Of a stretch of DNA of 30,019 bases, positions 9,784-18,120 are shown piece after piece. This DNA comes from Candidatus Micrarchaeia archaeon (GTDB taxonomy: Archaea; Micrarchaeota; Micrarchaeia; Micrarchaeales; CABMGC01), in the NCBI GenBank assembly GCA_049966395.1, contig JBMFUT010000006.1, positions 1 to 30,019 of the forward strand, read 5' to 3'. Both the position numbers and the translations under genes were made by a program. The number at the start of each line of letters is the position of its first letter. The first letter of the stretch is position 1. Under the pieces are notes generated by a model. That model did no database searches. It saw nothing but the letters and a program-made list of their open reading frames with translations, and was not told the DNA's origin.

Positions 9784-11279
9784 TTCGATTCACCGTATTC
9801 ATATATCTTTTCTATAAAACTGAGAGTGTCTGCTGAGGCTGCGCCAATGTTCTTCAGATACGAAGACCTTGATTGTATTTCCTTTATTGCTGCGCTCTTT
9901 GGCACTGAATGCAGCCGGGAATATGCCGATATTACCCTGGAGTTTTTAAGCAATTCAGTGTTGAGTTCGCCGTTTTCAACAATTTGCGTTATGTTCACTG
10001 AATCATCGCCAAAAGGCTCCGCGCCATCAATGTCCTCGCCGCGGCTTAGCCATTTGTATTCTGATATGCTTGAAATCACACGGCCGACGGCGCCCTGCTT
10101 CACGTATACCGCGAGGTCTAGGGAAGAAAGCGCCTGCATATCTACTTCCATTGGCTTTGATACCAGCCTTTTCAGCACTGCGACTCCACCCTCGTTGCTG
10201 TGCAGGGTGGTCATGAACGGCACGCCTATGTTGGCTCCAGAGAAAAGCTCCTTTGTTTCTGCGGCCCTGATTTCCCCTACTACAAGCCTGTCAGGCCTCA
10301 TTCTCAAGGCATTCACAACCTGCTCGCGAGTTTGCACCATGTTGTAGTAGCGGGAACCATAAAGCGATACAACATTAGTCACGTTGGGGTAGAACTTAAG
10401 CTCGTTTATGTCCTCTTCTATGGTTATTATGCGCTTGTATCTTGGCACAAATGAGAGCAGTGATGACATCAGTGTCGTTTTTCCGCTGGCTGGGGCCCCT
10501 GCAATTATTATGTTGAGATTTGATTCCACTGCAAGCCAAAGGTATGACATTACGTATGCGTTTGCCATGCCCCTTTCGATGAGCGCGGCAGGGCTCATGT
10601 CCTTCCTGCCCCCAAGCCTTATCGTTGCGGCGGGGCCGTTTGGCGCGTAAGGCTTTGCTTGGGCGTGCACCCTGGCGTTGTCAAGCTGCGCGTCTATTAT
10701 TGGCGTCCCTTCGGTAAGTTCCTTGTCTGAAGCCGCTATGAACTTGTTCAGCATTCTGTAAAATTCATCCTGGCCTGAGAAGCTTATGTTTGTTGTGCAG
10801 TGGCCGTACCTGGCGTGGTATATTTTTATTGGCATTGTTGGTTCGTTAACCTCTATTTCCTCTATTCCCTGCCTGTCTTCCAGTAGTATCCCTATTGCAC
10901 CGAAGCCTACGGTATCGTAGACCAGCAGACGAGAAAGATATGATGCCCTTTCGAGTGGAATGCTTTGCGAAAGTTCCCTTTTCGCAAAATCGTAGACTTT
11001 TTGTTCTAAATAACCCAATGCGTCAATCGAATTATCTTCGGTAAATGCTGCTATTATCTTTGCCTTTATCTGCGACATCAGCTTCGATTCATATGCTGAC
11101 AAAGGTTTGAGGTTGTATCCGACTACGTAAAAATAAGAACCGTTGCGCCTTGTTATTGCACGAGGAACCTGGAAGCTTGCTTCTTCTATTGGGGCACCGT
11201 AGTCGGCGCTGTCGATTTTGAAAGTTATTGGCGATTCCGCCTGTTCTTCTGGCCTGCGCCTGCCGAAAATCCCAATCAT
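9780..11279 (-). CDS. Type II/IV secretion ATPase (VirB11/TadA/ArlI family), pilus assembly ATPase
   Basis: Walker A GAPASGKT, Asp box ITIEED, ALRMRPDRLVVGEIR Walker B, His box TTLH. Confidence 0.95.
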   Translation of the reverse strand: MIGIFGRRRPEEQAESPITFKIDSADYGAPIEEASFQVPRAITRRNGSYFYVVGYNLKPLSAYESKLMSQIKAKIIAAFTEDNSIDALGYLEQKVYDFAKRELSQSIPLERASYLSRLLVYDTVGFGAIGILLEDRQGIEEIEVNEPTMPIKIYHARYGHCTTNISFSGQDEFYRMLNKFIAASDKELTEGTPIIDAQLDNARVHAQAKPYAPNGPAATIRLGGRKDMSPAALIERGMANAYVMSYLWLAVESNLNIIIAGAPASGKTTLMSSLLSFVPRYKRIITIEEDINELKFYPNVTNVVSLYGSRYYNMVQTREQVVNALRMRPDRLVVGEIRAAETKELFSGANIGVPFMTTLHSNEGGVAVLKRLVSKPMEVDMQALSSLDLAVYVKQGAVGRVISSISEYKWLSRGEDIDGAEPFGDDSVNITQIVENGELNTELLKNSRVISAYSRLHSVPKSAAIKEIQSRSSYLKNIGAASADTLSFIEKIYEYGESK

Positions 11280-11318
11280 GCTATCATAGTATACTTATGT
11301 TTATTTAAGTAAACTAAT

Positions 11319-11340
11319 TATATTATGCTATACTAATATA
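11319..11340. promoter_or_regulatory. AT-rich inverted repeat upstream of the pilus operon
   Basis: TATATTA-N8-TAATATA, 40-60 nt upstream of the ATPase start, in the divergent promoter region. Confidence 0.3.
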
Positions 11341-11546
11341 TATACTTTGCGCATTGCAAAGCACGATAACAAGATAGGGCACCATTTGGCAAGCGCGGCG
11401 CTTATTTCGGCAAATTCGCGCAAATGATATCGCGTAGATTTGATATGAGCGTCGAAGAATAGATGCCATTTGGTAATTGCAGCAGAGCTGCATTTGCATA
11501 AGCGTTAAGTATAAAAATGTATAATGGCATATATGTGCGGGTATTT

Positions 11547-11867
11547 ATGGCTGTCAAAGAAAAAGACAACATATGGCTTATAAGGAAGCTTCTGAGCAGG
11601 CCCAACTATGCCGTATTAAGGCTTCTTCTTGAAAAATCTCCGAGGACGACAAGAGAAATATACGCCGTGCTTGGGAAGAAATTTACTAGGAAGACGCTTA
11701 TAATAACGCTTAGGGAGCTTTCAATGGACCTTAACGTGCTTCAGCCCACGCACATAAGGACTGACAGAGGGTATGGCCTTGGCTATGGAATAAACCCGAA
11801 GGTAAAGGAAGTCGTAAAAGGCGTAGAAAAATTGGAAAGCATTTTGGAAGAAACCACAAAGCTTTGA
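11547..11867 (+). CDS. Putative winged helix-turn-helix transcription regulator
   Basis: About 106 aa, basic; VLRLLLEKSPRTTREIYAVL...RKTLIITLREL helix pattern followed by a beta wing; start likely ATG 11547. Confidence 0.6.
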   Translation: MAVKEKDNIWLIRKLLSRPNYAVLRLLLEKSPRTTREIYAVLGKKFTRKTLIITLRELSMDLNVLQPTHIRTDRGYGLGYGINPKVKEVVKGVEKLESILEETTKL

Positions 11868-11871
11868 ATTC

Positions 11872-12342
11872 TCATCTTTTTGGCAATATTGGTTCGCCGT
11901 CCTTCAGAGTTCTCGATATAAATTCTACTTCCATCTCCTCCAGCGGAAGTTTTGAAATCTCTTCGCCTATTATGTGATCGAGGTCTTCTATGCCTGATGA
12001 CCTCACTTTTATAAGGTAGTTCCATCTTCCTATAGGTACATATACCGACTCGACGCTTTCTATCTCAGAAAGCTTCTTTCCTATTTCTTCCTTTTCATCC
12101 TTGCTTATGTTCCTTTGAAGCTTGAGGTATATGAAAGACTGCAATCCTTTTCCGACCAGTTTGCCATCTATTCTTGTCGTGTGCCCTATTATGACTCCTT
12201 CCTTCTTGAGCGCATCTATCCTTCTGTAGACAGTCGCATTTGTTGTGCCCAGCACTTCTGCAATCTTGGAAAGCTTGGGAGTCAGCATGTCAGAGCGCTG
12301 TATTATCTCGATTATTTTAACGTCAAGTTGGTCTAGTTTCAC
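11872..12342 (-). CDS. Lrp/AsnC family transcription regulator
   Basis: LDQLDVKII..IAEVLGTTNATVYRRIDALKKEGVI HTH plus C-terminal RAM domain. Confidence 0.93.
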   Translation of the reverse strand: MKLDQLDVKIIEIIQRSDMLTPKLSKIAEVLGTTNATVYRRIDALKKEGVIIGHTTRIDGKLVGKGLQSFIYLKLQRNISKDEKEEIGKKLSEIESVESVYVPIGRWNYLIKVRSSGIEDLDHIIGEEISKLPLEEMEVEFISRTLKDGEPILPKR

Positions 12343-12379
12343 CGAATCGCCTCAGCCTTTTAATTATCTCAGCAAACGC

Positions 12380-13282
12380 TTATACGCTTTTTTCAGACAG
12401 GTAAAGCAGTATCGCCTTCTCCAGCAGCATCTTGTTCTTTGCCTGCTGCCAAACAACGCTCCTTGGCCCGTCAAGCACTTCAGCGGTTATCTCTTCCCCC
12501 CTATGCGCAGGAAGGCAGTGCATTACTATCGCATCGCTTGCGGCATATGATAGCATCTTATCGTTAACCTGGTAAGGGGCAAACATTTCGAGGCGCTCCT
12601 TTGCCTCTGCTTCCTCGCCCATGCTTACGAACGTGTCTGTGTATATCACGTCGGCGTCGCGAACGCCCTCTTTTATATCGGAATAAAATTCCACGGTTGA
12701 ATATTCCCTTGCCTTTGTGAAGTATAGGCTGTTGGGTATGCATTTCTTAGGGCCCACCAGGGCTATCTCAAGCCCCATTTTTGCGCCTGCGAGCATGAGG
12801 GAGTTTGCAACGTTGTTTGCCACGTCCCCAGCAAAAACGAGCTTTAGACCGCGCAGCTTTTTCTTTATCTGCTGTATGGTGTATATGTCGCTGAGCGCCT
12901 GGCATGGGTGCTCTAAGTCTGTAAGCGCGTTTATCACAGGTATTGTGGAGTTGTTTGCAAGCTCTACGAGGTCGCTGTGCTTGTAAAGCCTAGCTGCTAT
13001 GAAATCAACATAGCTGCTGAGCACCTTGGCCGTGTCTGCTATGGTCTCGCCCCTGGAAAGCTGCGATGTCCTGGCGTCTATATATATCGAGTGGCCGCCG
13101 AGCTGCGCCATCGCGGCTTCGAAAGAAACTCTAGTTCTTGTGGAAGGTTTTTCGAAAAGCAGGGCAAGTGTAGAACCTTCCTTTAGCGACATTTCTTCTG
13201 AGCCTGACTCTATGCTTTCTGCTATCTCGAATATCCTGGTTATCTGTTCTCTGGTAAAGTCATCAACACTCAGGAAATTCAT
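12380..13282 (-). CDS. argF: Ornithine carbamoyltransferase
   Basis: STRT, HPCQ, SMG and HCLP motifs. Confidence 0.93.
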   Translation of the reverse strand: MNFLSVDDFTREQITRIFEIAESIESGSEEMSLKEGSTLALLFEKPSTRTRVSFEAAMAQLGGHSIYIDARTSQLSRGETIADTAKVLSSYVDFIAARLYKHSDLVELANNSTIPVINALTDLEHPCQALSDIYTIQQIKKKLRGLKLVFAGDVANNVANSLMLAGAKMGLEIALVGPKKCIPNSLYFTKAREYSTVEFYSDIKEGVRDADVIYTDTFVSMGEEAEAKERLEMFAPYQVNDKMLSYAASDAIVMHCLPAHRGEEITAEVLDGPRSVVWQQAKNKMLLEKAILLYLSEKSV

Positions 13283-13290
13283 TCAATTAC

Positions 13291-13674
13291 CTATCCAAAT
13301 ATTGCGCCGAAGCCCTCCTCCGCCTTTGTGCGCTCGTCTTCTATAGTTTCTATGACCTTCCTCTCGCTCTCCTGATCGAGGCGCTTGATGCTCTTTATGT
13401 TTTTTTCAAGTTTCTTCTCTGCTGCATTGAGAAAATCCTCGCCTGCGCTGAGGTAAAGGAAATACTTCGAGCTGTCAAGGGAAAGGGATGCACCGTCCCT
13501 GAGCAGATAGTCTTGCCTAGCAAATATTACGTTGGCTTCTGGATCGCCCTTTATCTTCTTAAGGTCGTCTTCTGTGAGCGACTTGTCAAGATACGGGTCG
13601 TATTCCAGCATTTTCTTGAGCGCCGGCATTTCCGAAGCATCGCATTGATATACTCTGGCAGGCATTTTGATCAC
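13291..13674 (-). CDS. Hypothetical protein with P-stalk-like C-terminus (EEGFGAIFG)
   Basis: Fills the gap between rps8e and argF, overlapping the rps8e stop. Confidence 0.8.
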   Translation of the reverse strand: MIKMPARVYQCDASEMPALKKMLEYDPYLDKSLTEDDLKKIKGDPEANVIFARQDYLLRDGASLSLDSSKYFLYLSAGEDFLNAAEKKLEKNIKSIKRLDQESERKVIETIEDERTKAEEGFGAIFG

Positions 13675-14066
13675 TTTAAGAGCTTGGCGTTTATGCTTCC
13701 TTCTCTGCCCGGCCTGTTTATCACTACCGCCTTGCCGGCCTCGGTCTCTATTACGCTGCCCTTTGTTATTATGTTGAGCCTTGCGAAGTTCCTGTTGTCC
13801 TTTGATTCTAGCACGCCTATTATCTTTACTTTCTTGTATCCTGAATCCGTCAACATGTTGGCGAAAGCGGCGTGCTTGAGCTTTGTCAGAATCGCCCCGC
13901 CCCTTGCCCTTGTGTGCTTTATGAGATTGCTGCTCCCAAGCTTCGTGGCGACAAAATAGTTGCCTGTCTCGTGCCTTCTCTTGTCCCTGCTCTTTTCTAG
14001 CTGCTTGCCGTTGCCGGTTGACTTCCTGTTTGATTTTACGTGTAGCTGTACGCCAAATTGTGCCAT
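13671..14066 (-). CDS. rps8e: 30S ribosomal protein S8e
   Basis: Basic protein; RARGG, NRNFARLNIITKGSVIET and RPGREGSINA motifs; start ATG 14066. Confidence 0.96.
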   Translation of the reverse strand: MAQFGVQLHVKSNRKSTGNGKQLEKSRDKRRHETGNYFVATKLGSSNLIKHTRARGGAILTKLKHAAFANMLTDSGYKKVKIIGVLESKDNRNFARLNIITKGSVIETEAGKAVVINRPGREGSINAKLLK

Positions 14067-14149
14067 ATTACCATCTGCATGTTGATTATTTTGCAAATAA
14101 ATTATAAATATGCAAGTTTAATAGGTTAACTGTCAAGGTAGGGAGGCGC

Positions 14150-14590
14150 ATGACAGGCAAAAGACTTTTTGATTTCAGAATGCCTGCTGCGGCGGTCTGC
14201 AGTGCAGCGCACAACATAGAGGATGCGCTTAAAATTGCAAAATCGCTATCCAATGGGGAAGACTTCGTTCAGCTCATGGCTTACAGCGTCAGAATGCCAA
14301 AAAGGCTGCTGCCTGCATACTTGAATGTCATGCTTAGATTAAGGGAAGGCTCCATAACAAGCAAGAGCACAAGCATGGAAATGCTTTTGCTCGCGTGCGG
14401 CAAGTCCGACATACGCGCTGCCATAAGCAAATGCGGCGCAAAAGAGGGCAAAATGGCGATAGTTTTCGCTTCCGCGCCATCCCTGCTTAGCAATTTCCTT
14501 GATTTGGCCGGCATGAAGGCCATAAAGCAGATAAAGCTAAAGATCGACTTCAAGGAGGCTAACGCCGTTGCGTTGGCGCAGCTCCGCTAG
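14150..14590 (+). CDS. cgi121: KEOPS complex subunit Cgi121-like
   Basis: SKSTSMEMLLLACGKSDIRAAISKCG resembles the Cgi121 E-x-L-L-x-x-x-G-x-x-Q-I-x-x-A-I-x-x-x-G pattern; size fits. Confidence 0.72.
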   Translation: MTGKRLFDFRMPAAAVCSAAHNIEDALKIAKSLSNGEDFVQLMAYSVRMPKRLLPAYLNVMLRLREGSITSKSTSMEMLLLACGKSDIRAAISKCGAKEGKMAIVFASAPSLLSNFLDLAGMKAIKQIKLKIDFKEANAVALAQLR

Positions 14591-14592
14591 CT

Positions 14593-15513
14593 TCAGACCA
14601 GCACTGCTGCAGAGGCATAAGCAAGGATGAAGCCAAGCGCCGCTATTCCAATCCATGTGCCCACTATCGTCAACAGCGGCCTGCGGAGCATTAGCCTGTG
14701 CTCGTAGCTCATTCCCGTTCCGTATACGCCGGCTGTGAACGCCTGCGTGTTTGAGAGAGGCACACTGAAAAGAGTCGCGGCTTCTACTACCAGGAGGGAA
14801 GAAACCTGCGTGCTTACAGAGCTCATGTACCTTATAGGTATAATCTCATTGCCAATTCTCCTGAGCTCAGCTGCGCTCAGCGCGTAGCTTCCTACTAATA
14901 TAGCTATTATTACCAGGAGCACGCTGTAAGCGCTCTCTGGTATTGAAGCGTACATGAAACCTATGGTATTGGCGCCTAGGGTGAAGGCGGTAAAGAAAGC
15001 AGATATTATTGAAACGAGCTTGAGGTTCCTAACAGTGTCCCATATTCGCCTTTTGTTGACAGACCTTTTGAGGAGCCTCATCAATATTATTGCAATGGCG
15101 AAAGCTGCGACTGGCGCCAGCACCCAAAATAGGAACATCTTTGCCAAGTACAAAATGCTTATGCTTGAGCCTTCGGCCACGCTTATGCCGAGCACTATGC
15201 TTGCGAAGCTCATTGAGAGCGACTGTGGCACGCGCGCCTTGTGAGCTATTATGAATATAGCAGTGGCTATGGCAAGGGCGTCGAGGACCAGCAGCTCTGG
15301 CTTGTATGGCATCAGCGCCTCTATCCCTGCTTTAAGCATGTGCCCCTGAGCCAAAAAACCCGCTATGTAGCCAAGCGCGGCTATTGTGACGCCGCTTCTC
15401 CTGCTCACGATTCTGCTGCCCACTATGCCTCCTGCGCAGGCTGAGAGATTGTTGCCGGAAACAAATGCTACCAAAACGAAAGAGACAGCGAATATCAGCA
15501 GCAGTAGCAGCAA
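14593..15513 (-). CDS. Inorganic phosphate transporter, PiT family (divergent)
   Basis: Two-repeat membrane protein with SGNN/GANT signature positions and P-x-S (PQSLS, PLSNTQ) motifs; adjacent to DUF47. Confidence 0.85.
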   Translation of the reverse strand: MLLLLLIFAVSFVLVAFVSGNNLSACAGGIVGSRIVSRRSGVTIAALGYIAGFLAQGHMLKAGIEALMPYKPELLVLDALAIATAIFIIAHKARVPQSLSMSFASIVLGISVAEGSSISILYLAKMFLFWVLAPVAAFAIAIILMRLLKRSVNKRRIWDTVRNLKLVSIISAFFTAFTLGANTIGFMYASIPESAYSVLLVIIAILVGSYALSAAELRRIGNEIIPIRYMSSVSTQVSSLLVVEAATLFSVPLSNTQAFTAGVYGTGMSYEHRLMLRRPLLTIVGTWIGIAALGFILAYASAAVLV

Positions 15514-15520
15514 CTAATCA

Positions 15521-16180
15521 TCACGATATTATCGAATCCATTATCGATACGAGCACGTCTGATGCGTCTTCGCAGTTGTCAAGCATGTTGTCGGCATAGT
15601 GCGCTAGCTGCGAAACGTGGTAGAACGTCTTGAAATCGTCTATGCTGCGGTAGGCAAAATCGAATATGCCGTCTTTCACTTCGTCGCCGCGCTCCTCAAG
15701 CTTCTCTATCTCCGCATGAAGCCTTTTTGCCTCGTACAAGCTGCTTTCGTGCTGCATCTTGTAAAGCGATGACATTGCAAGCGAGCCTATGTCGCTCATC
15801 TCCAGCAGCTGCGCCTTCATGTAGTGTCTTATCCTCTTGCTCTTTGGCTTGTATCTAAGGAACTCCCTTGCAAGGTTGTATATTGAATCCACTATGCTGT
15901 CCTCCTTGTCAAGGTATTCAAGGAAATCGTCTATCAGGTTAGGGGCTATTGCACCTGATGTCACCATGTCAGATATGCGCAGGACCTCCTTGTCGGATTT
16001 CCTCTCGAAGTTCCTTATCTCGCTTATCACAGTAGGTTCTTCTATGAGGGCTTTCATCCTCGAATTAGCATCCATAGCTATTCTTACTATTGCGCTGCTC
16101 TTGCTTATTATGCTCTTTTCGCCGCTGCCCAGCGCCCTGTCCAAAAATCCCATGCGCGACTTTTTTTCAAACATTGTCAT
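15521..16180 (-). CDS. DUF47/PhoU-like phosphate transport regulator
   Basis: Repeated ERKSD / EERGD and D-x-x-x-D motifs in an all-helical protein directly upstream of PiT. Confidence 0.85.
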   Translation of the reverse strand: MTMFEKKSRMGFLDRALGSGEKSIISKSSAIVRIAMDANSRMKALIEEPTVISEIRNFERKSDKEVLRISDMVTSGAIAPNLIDDFLEYLDKEDSIVDSIYNLAREFLRYKPKSKRIRHYMKAQLLEMSDIGSLAMSSLYKMQHESSLYEAKRLHAEIEKLEERGDEVKDGIFDFAYRSIDDFKTFYHVSQLAHYADNMLDNCEDASDVLVSIMDSIIS

Positions 16181-16589
16181 TGCCCTCCGAAACCACTTTT
16201 CTCATTTGCCTTGCAAGCTCCTTGATTTTTTCTATGTCCTGCCGCTCCTCCCCGTTGAGCCCCGATTCTCCAATGCTTATCCTCTTTTCTATAGCTTCGA
16301 TAAGGGATACCCACTCCTCGGACTCCACGCCCATGTAAGAGAATATTTTCTTGTAGACAAGCAGCTGCTCCAGCAGCTTTACTATTTCCTTGTTTTCGGC
16401 ATCCTCCTTCGCGGCGACAGGCGCCCTTTCCTTTATGTCTGCAATTATCTTTCTAACCTCTTCTGATGGAGCTTCTAATTCCATTCTGCTTGCAACATTT
16501 TCAATATCCTTTGCAAAAGACTTTATTATGGATGAAAGCCTGGAAAAAAGGTCCTTTATGCCGAGGCCCTGTAAGTTTTCGCCAGCCAT
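16167..16589 (-). CDS. Hypothetical charged helical protein
   Basis: 140 aa ORF co-oriented with its neighbours and overlapping the DUF47 start. Confidence 0.7.
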   Translation of the reverse strand: MAGENLQGLGIKDLFSRLSSIIKSFAKDIENVASRMELEAPSEEVRKIIADIKERAPVAAKEDAENKEIVKLLEQLLVYKKIFSYMGVESEEWVSLIEAIEKRISIGESGLNGEERQDIEKIKELARQMRKVVSEGNDNV

Positions 16590-16616
16590 TCAATCATAAT
16601 AAAATATGCGTGCATC

Positions 16617-17279
16617 CTATTTTATACTTTCTGCATCTTCTGTATCTCCATCGTATTCTGCTGCCAAGACTTCCTCTATGCGCGCAGCCTTCTTCTTCCC
16701 TATCTTGTCTACTGTTGTGAGGGCTTCCTGGCCTGCATTTATTACGCCCCTTACGCTCCTGAACTTGCGCAACAGCGTTCTCGCAATCTTAGGCCCTACC
16801 CCAGGTATCGATTCGAGTATGAGAAGCTGCCACTGGTATGTGGAATACGCTTTCTTCGTTCCAAGGAGCCTTGGCTCGTGCTTGCTGCCTTCCTGCTCCA
16901 TCCTGGCTATCTTTTCTATAAGCTCTGCTGTCTCCTCCTGGCCGTTGGAAAAAATAACCTGAACTCCGTATTCCAAGTATACCCTTAGAACTGCTCCTGT
17001 TATGGCGTTCCTGTTCAGCCTGAAGTCATCGCCCTGTTCTATAAGCAGCATTGGTCTAGTAAAGCTTCCCTTGAGCCTCTCAAGCTGGTCGAATAGTCTG
17101 GAGTTCATTATTGAATTCTCGAAGTCTTCTGAGGACTTTCTCTCGATGCAGACCCTGTCTGAAAGGATGTAGTCCCCCGCAGGCACAGTTGCAAATTCCA
17201 CGTATACGCCGCGCTCTGAAAGGCGCTCTGGTATTACCATGCTCCTTTCCCTTGTGTCTATTATTACCTTGACCTGCAT
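16617..17279 (-). CDS. XPF/ERCC4 structure-specific endonuclease, short form
   Basis: IIDTRE, GDY and ERKS..DF nuclease motifs plus tandem HhH (IPGVGPK, VDKIGKK); start likely ATG 17279. Confidence 0.93.
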   Translation of the reverse strand: MQVKVIIDTRERSMVIPERLSERGVYVEFATVPAGDYILSDRVCIERKSSEDFENSIMNSRLFDQLERLKGSFTRPMLLIEQGDDFRLNRNAITGAVLRVYLEYGVQVIFSNGQEETAELIEKIARMEQEGSKHEPRLLGTKKAYSTYQWQLLILESIPGVGPKIARTLLRKFRSVRGVINAGQEALTTVDKIGKKKAARIEEVLAAEYDGDTEDAESIK

Positions 17280-17350
17280 AGTACTATTTTGCATCGCATG
17301 TAATAAATAAGTGTCAGTGCATAGATGCATAACGATTATAAGGTGCCTAA

Positions 17351-18115
17351 ATGGCGCAGAGACGAAGCAAGAAGAAAAGGCCTTCAAGAGAGGAATACAT
17401 GCTAAAGGAGCAGCTCAAAATAGAGAGCGAGGCTTTCGATGACAGGACTGCAATGAGGCTTAAAGACCTCTTTACTCATGGAGTCATATCAAGGATGCAT
17501 TTTCTTGTTGCAAGAGGCAAGGAGGCCGACATCTATTTGGCGGATCCAGGAGAAAAGGTGGAGGGCGAGCTTGTGGTAGTCAAGATTTTCAGGATAGAGA
17601 CTTCTGGGTTTGACAATAGGATAGAATACATTATAGGAGACCCGAGGTTCAGCAGGATAAAGCGCAACATTTACTCTGTTGTGAACGAATGGTGCAAGAA
17701 AGAGTTCGGCAACCTTAAAATAGCGCAGCAGGCGGGCGTCGACGCGCCGAAGCCGTACATGTTTTCAGGGAATGTACTTGCAATGGAATTTATAGGGAAA
17801 GACGGAGTGCCGGCGAGCATGCTCAAGGACGTCGTACTTGACCAACCAGAAGAAATGCTCAAAATGATATTTTCCGGAGTTAAGAAGCTTTACGAAGCAG
17901 GGCTTGTTCACGCTGATCTGAGCGAATATAACCTGCTAGTCAGCGGCGGAAAGCCCTTTTTCATAGATTTCGGCCAGGCTGTGGTACTTAGGCACCCTAA
18001 TGCGATAAGTTTCCTTGAAAGGGACGTGCGAAACATCCTCTACTACTTCCAAAAAACATATGGCGTGTCATACAGCTACGACAAAGCCATAGGAGATATA
18101 ATGACAAAGGATTGA
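17351..18115 (+). CDS. rio1: RIO1 family serine kinase/ATPase
   Basis: GKEADIY, VKIF, W..KEF.NL, LVHADLSEYN and IDFGQAV motifs. Confidence 0.95.
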   Translation: MAQRRSKKKRPSREEYMLKEQLKIESEAFDDRTAMRLKDLFTHGVISRMHFLVARGKEADIYLADPGEKVEGELVVVKIFRIETSGFDNRIEYIIGDPRFSRIKRNIYSVVNEWCKKEFGNLKIAQQAGVDAPKPYMFSGNVLAMEFIGKDGVPASMLKDVVLDQPEEMLKMIFSGVKKLYEAGLVHADLSEYNLLVSGGKPFFIDFGQAVVLRHPNAISFLERDVRNILYYFQKTYGVSYSYDKAIGDIMTKD

Positions 18116-18120
18116 GAGCC

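Noticed and set aside
5191..11279. Archaellum or conjugative T4SS interpretation
   Set aside because: No archaellin-type genes, ArlH, VirB4, relaxase or coupling protein are visible.
11280..11546. Replication origin
   Set aside because: No adjacent orc1/cdc6 and no ORB-like repeats with G-strings recognised.
17280..17387. N-terminal extension of XPF
   Set aside because: Overlaps the rio1 start and the divergent promoter region; the nuclease domain starts at MQVKVIID.
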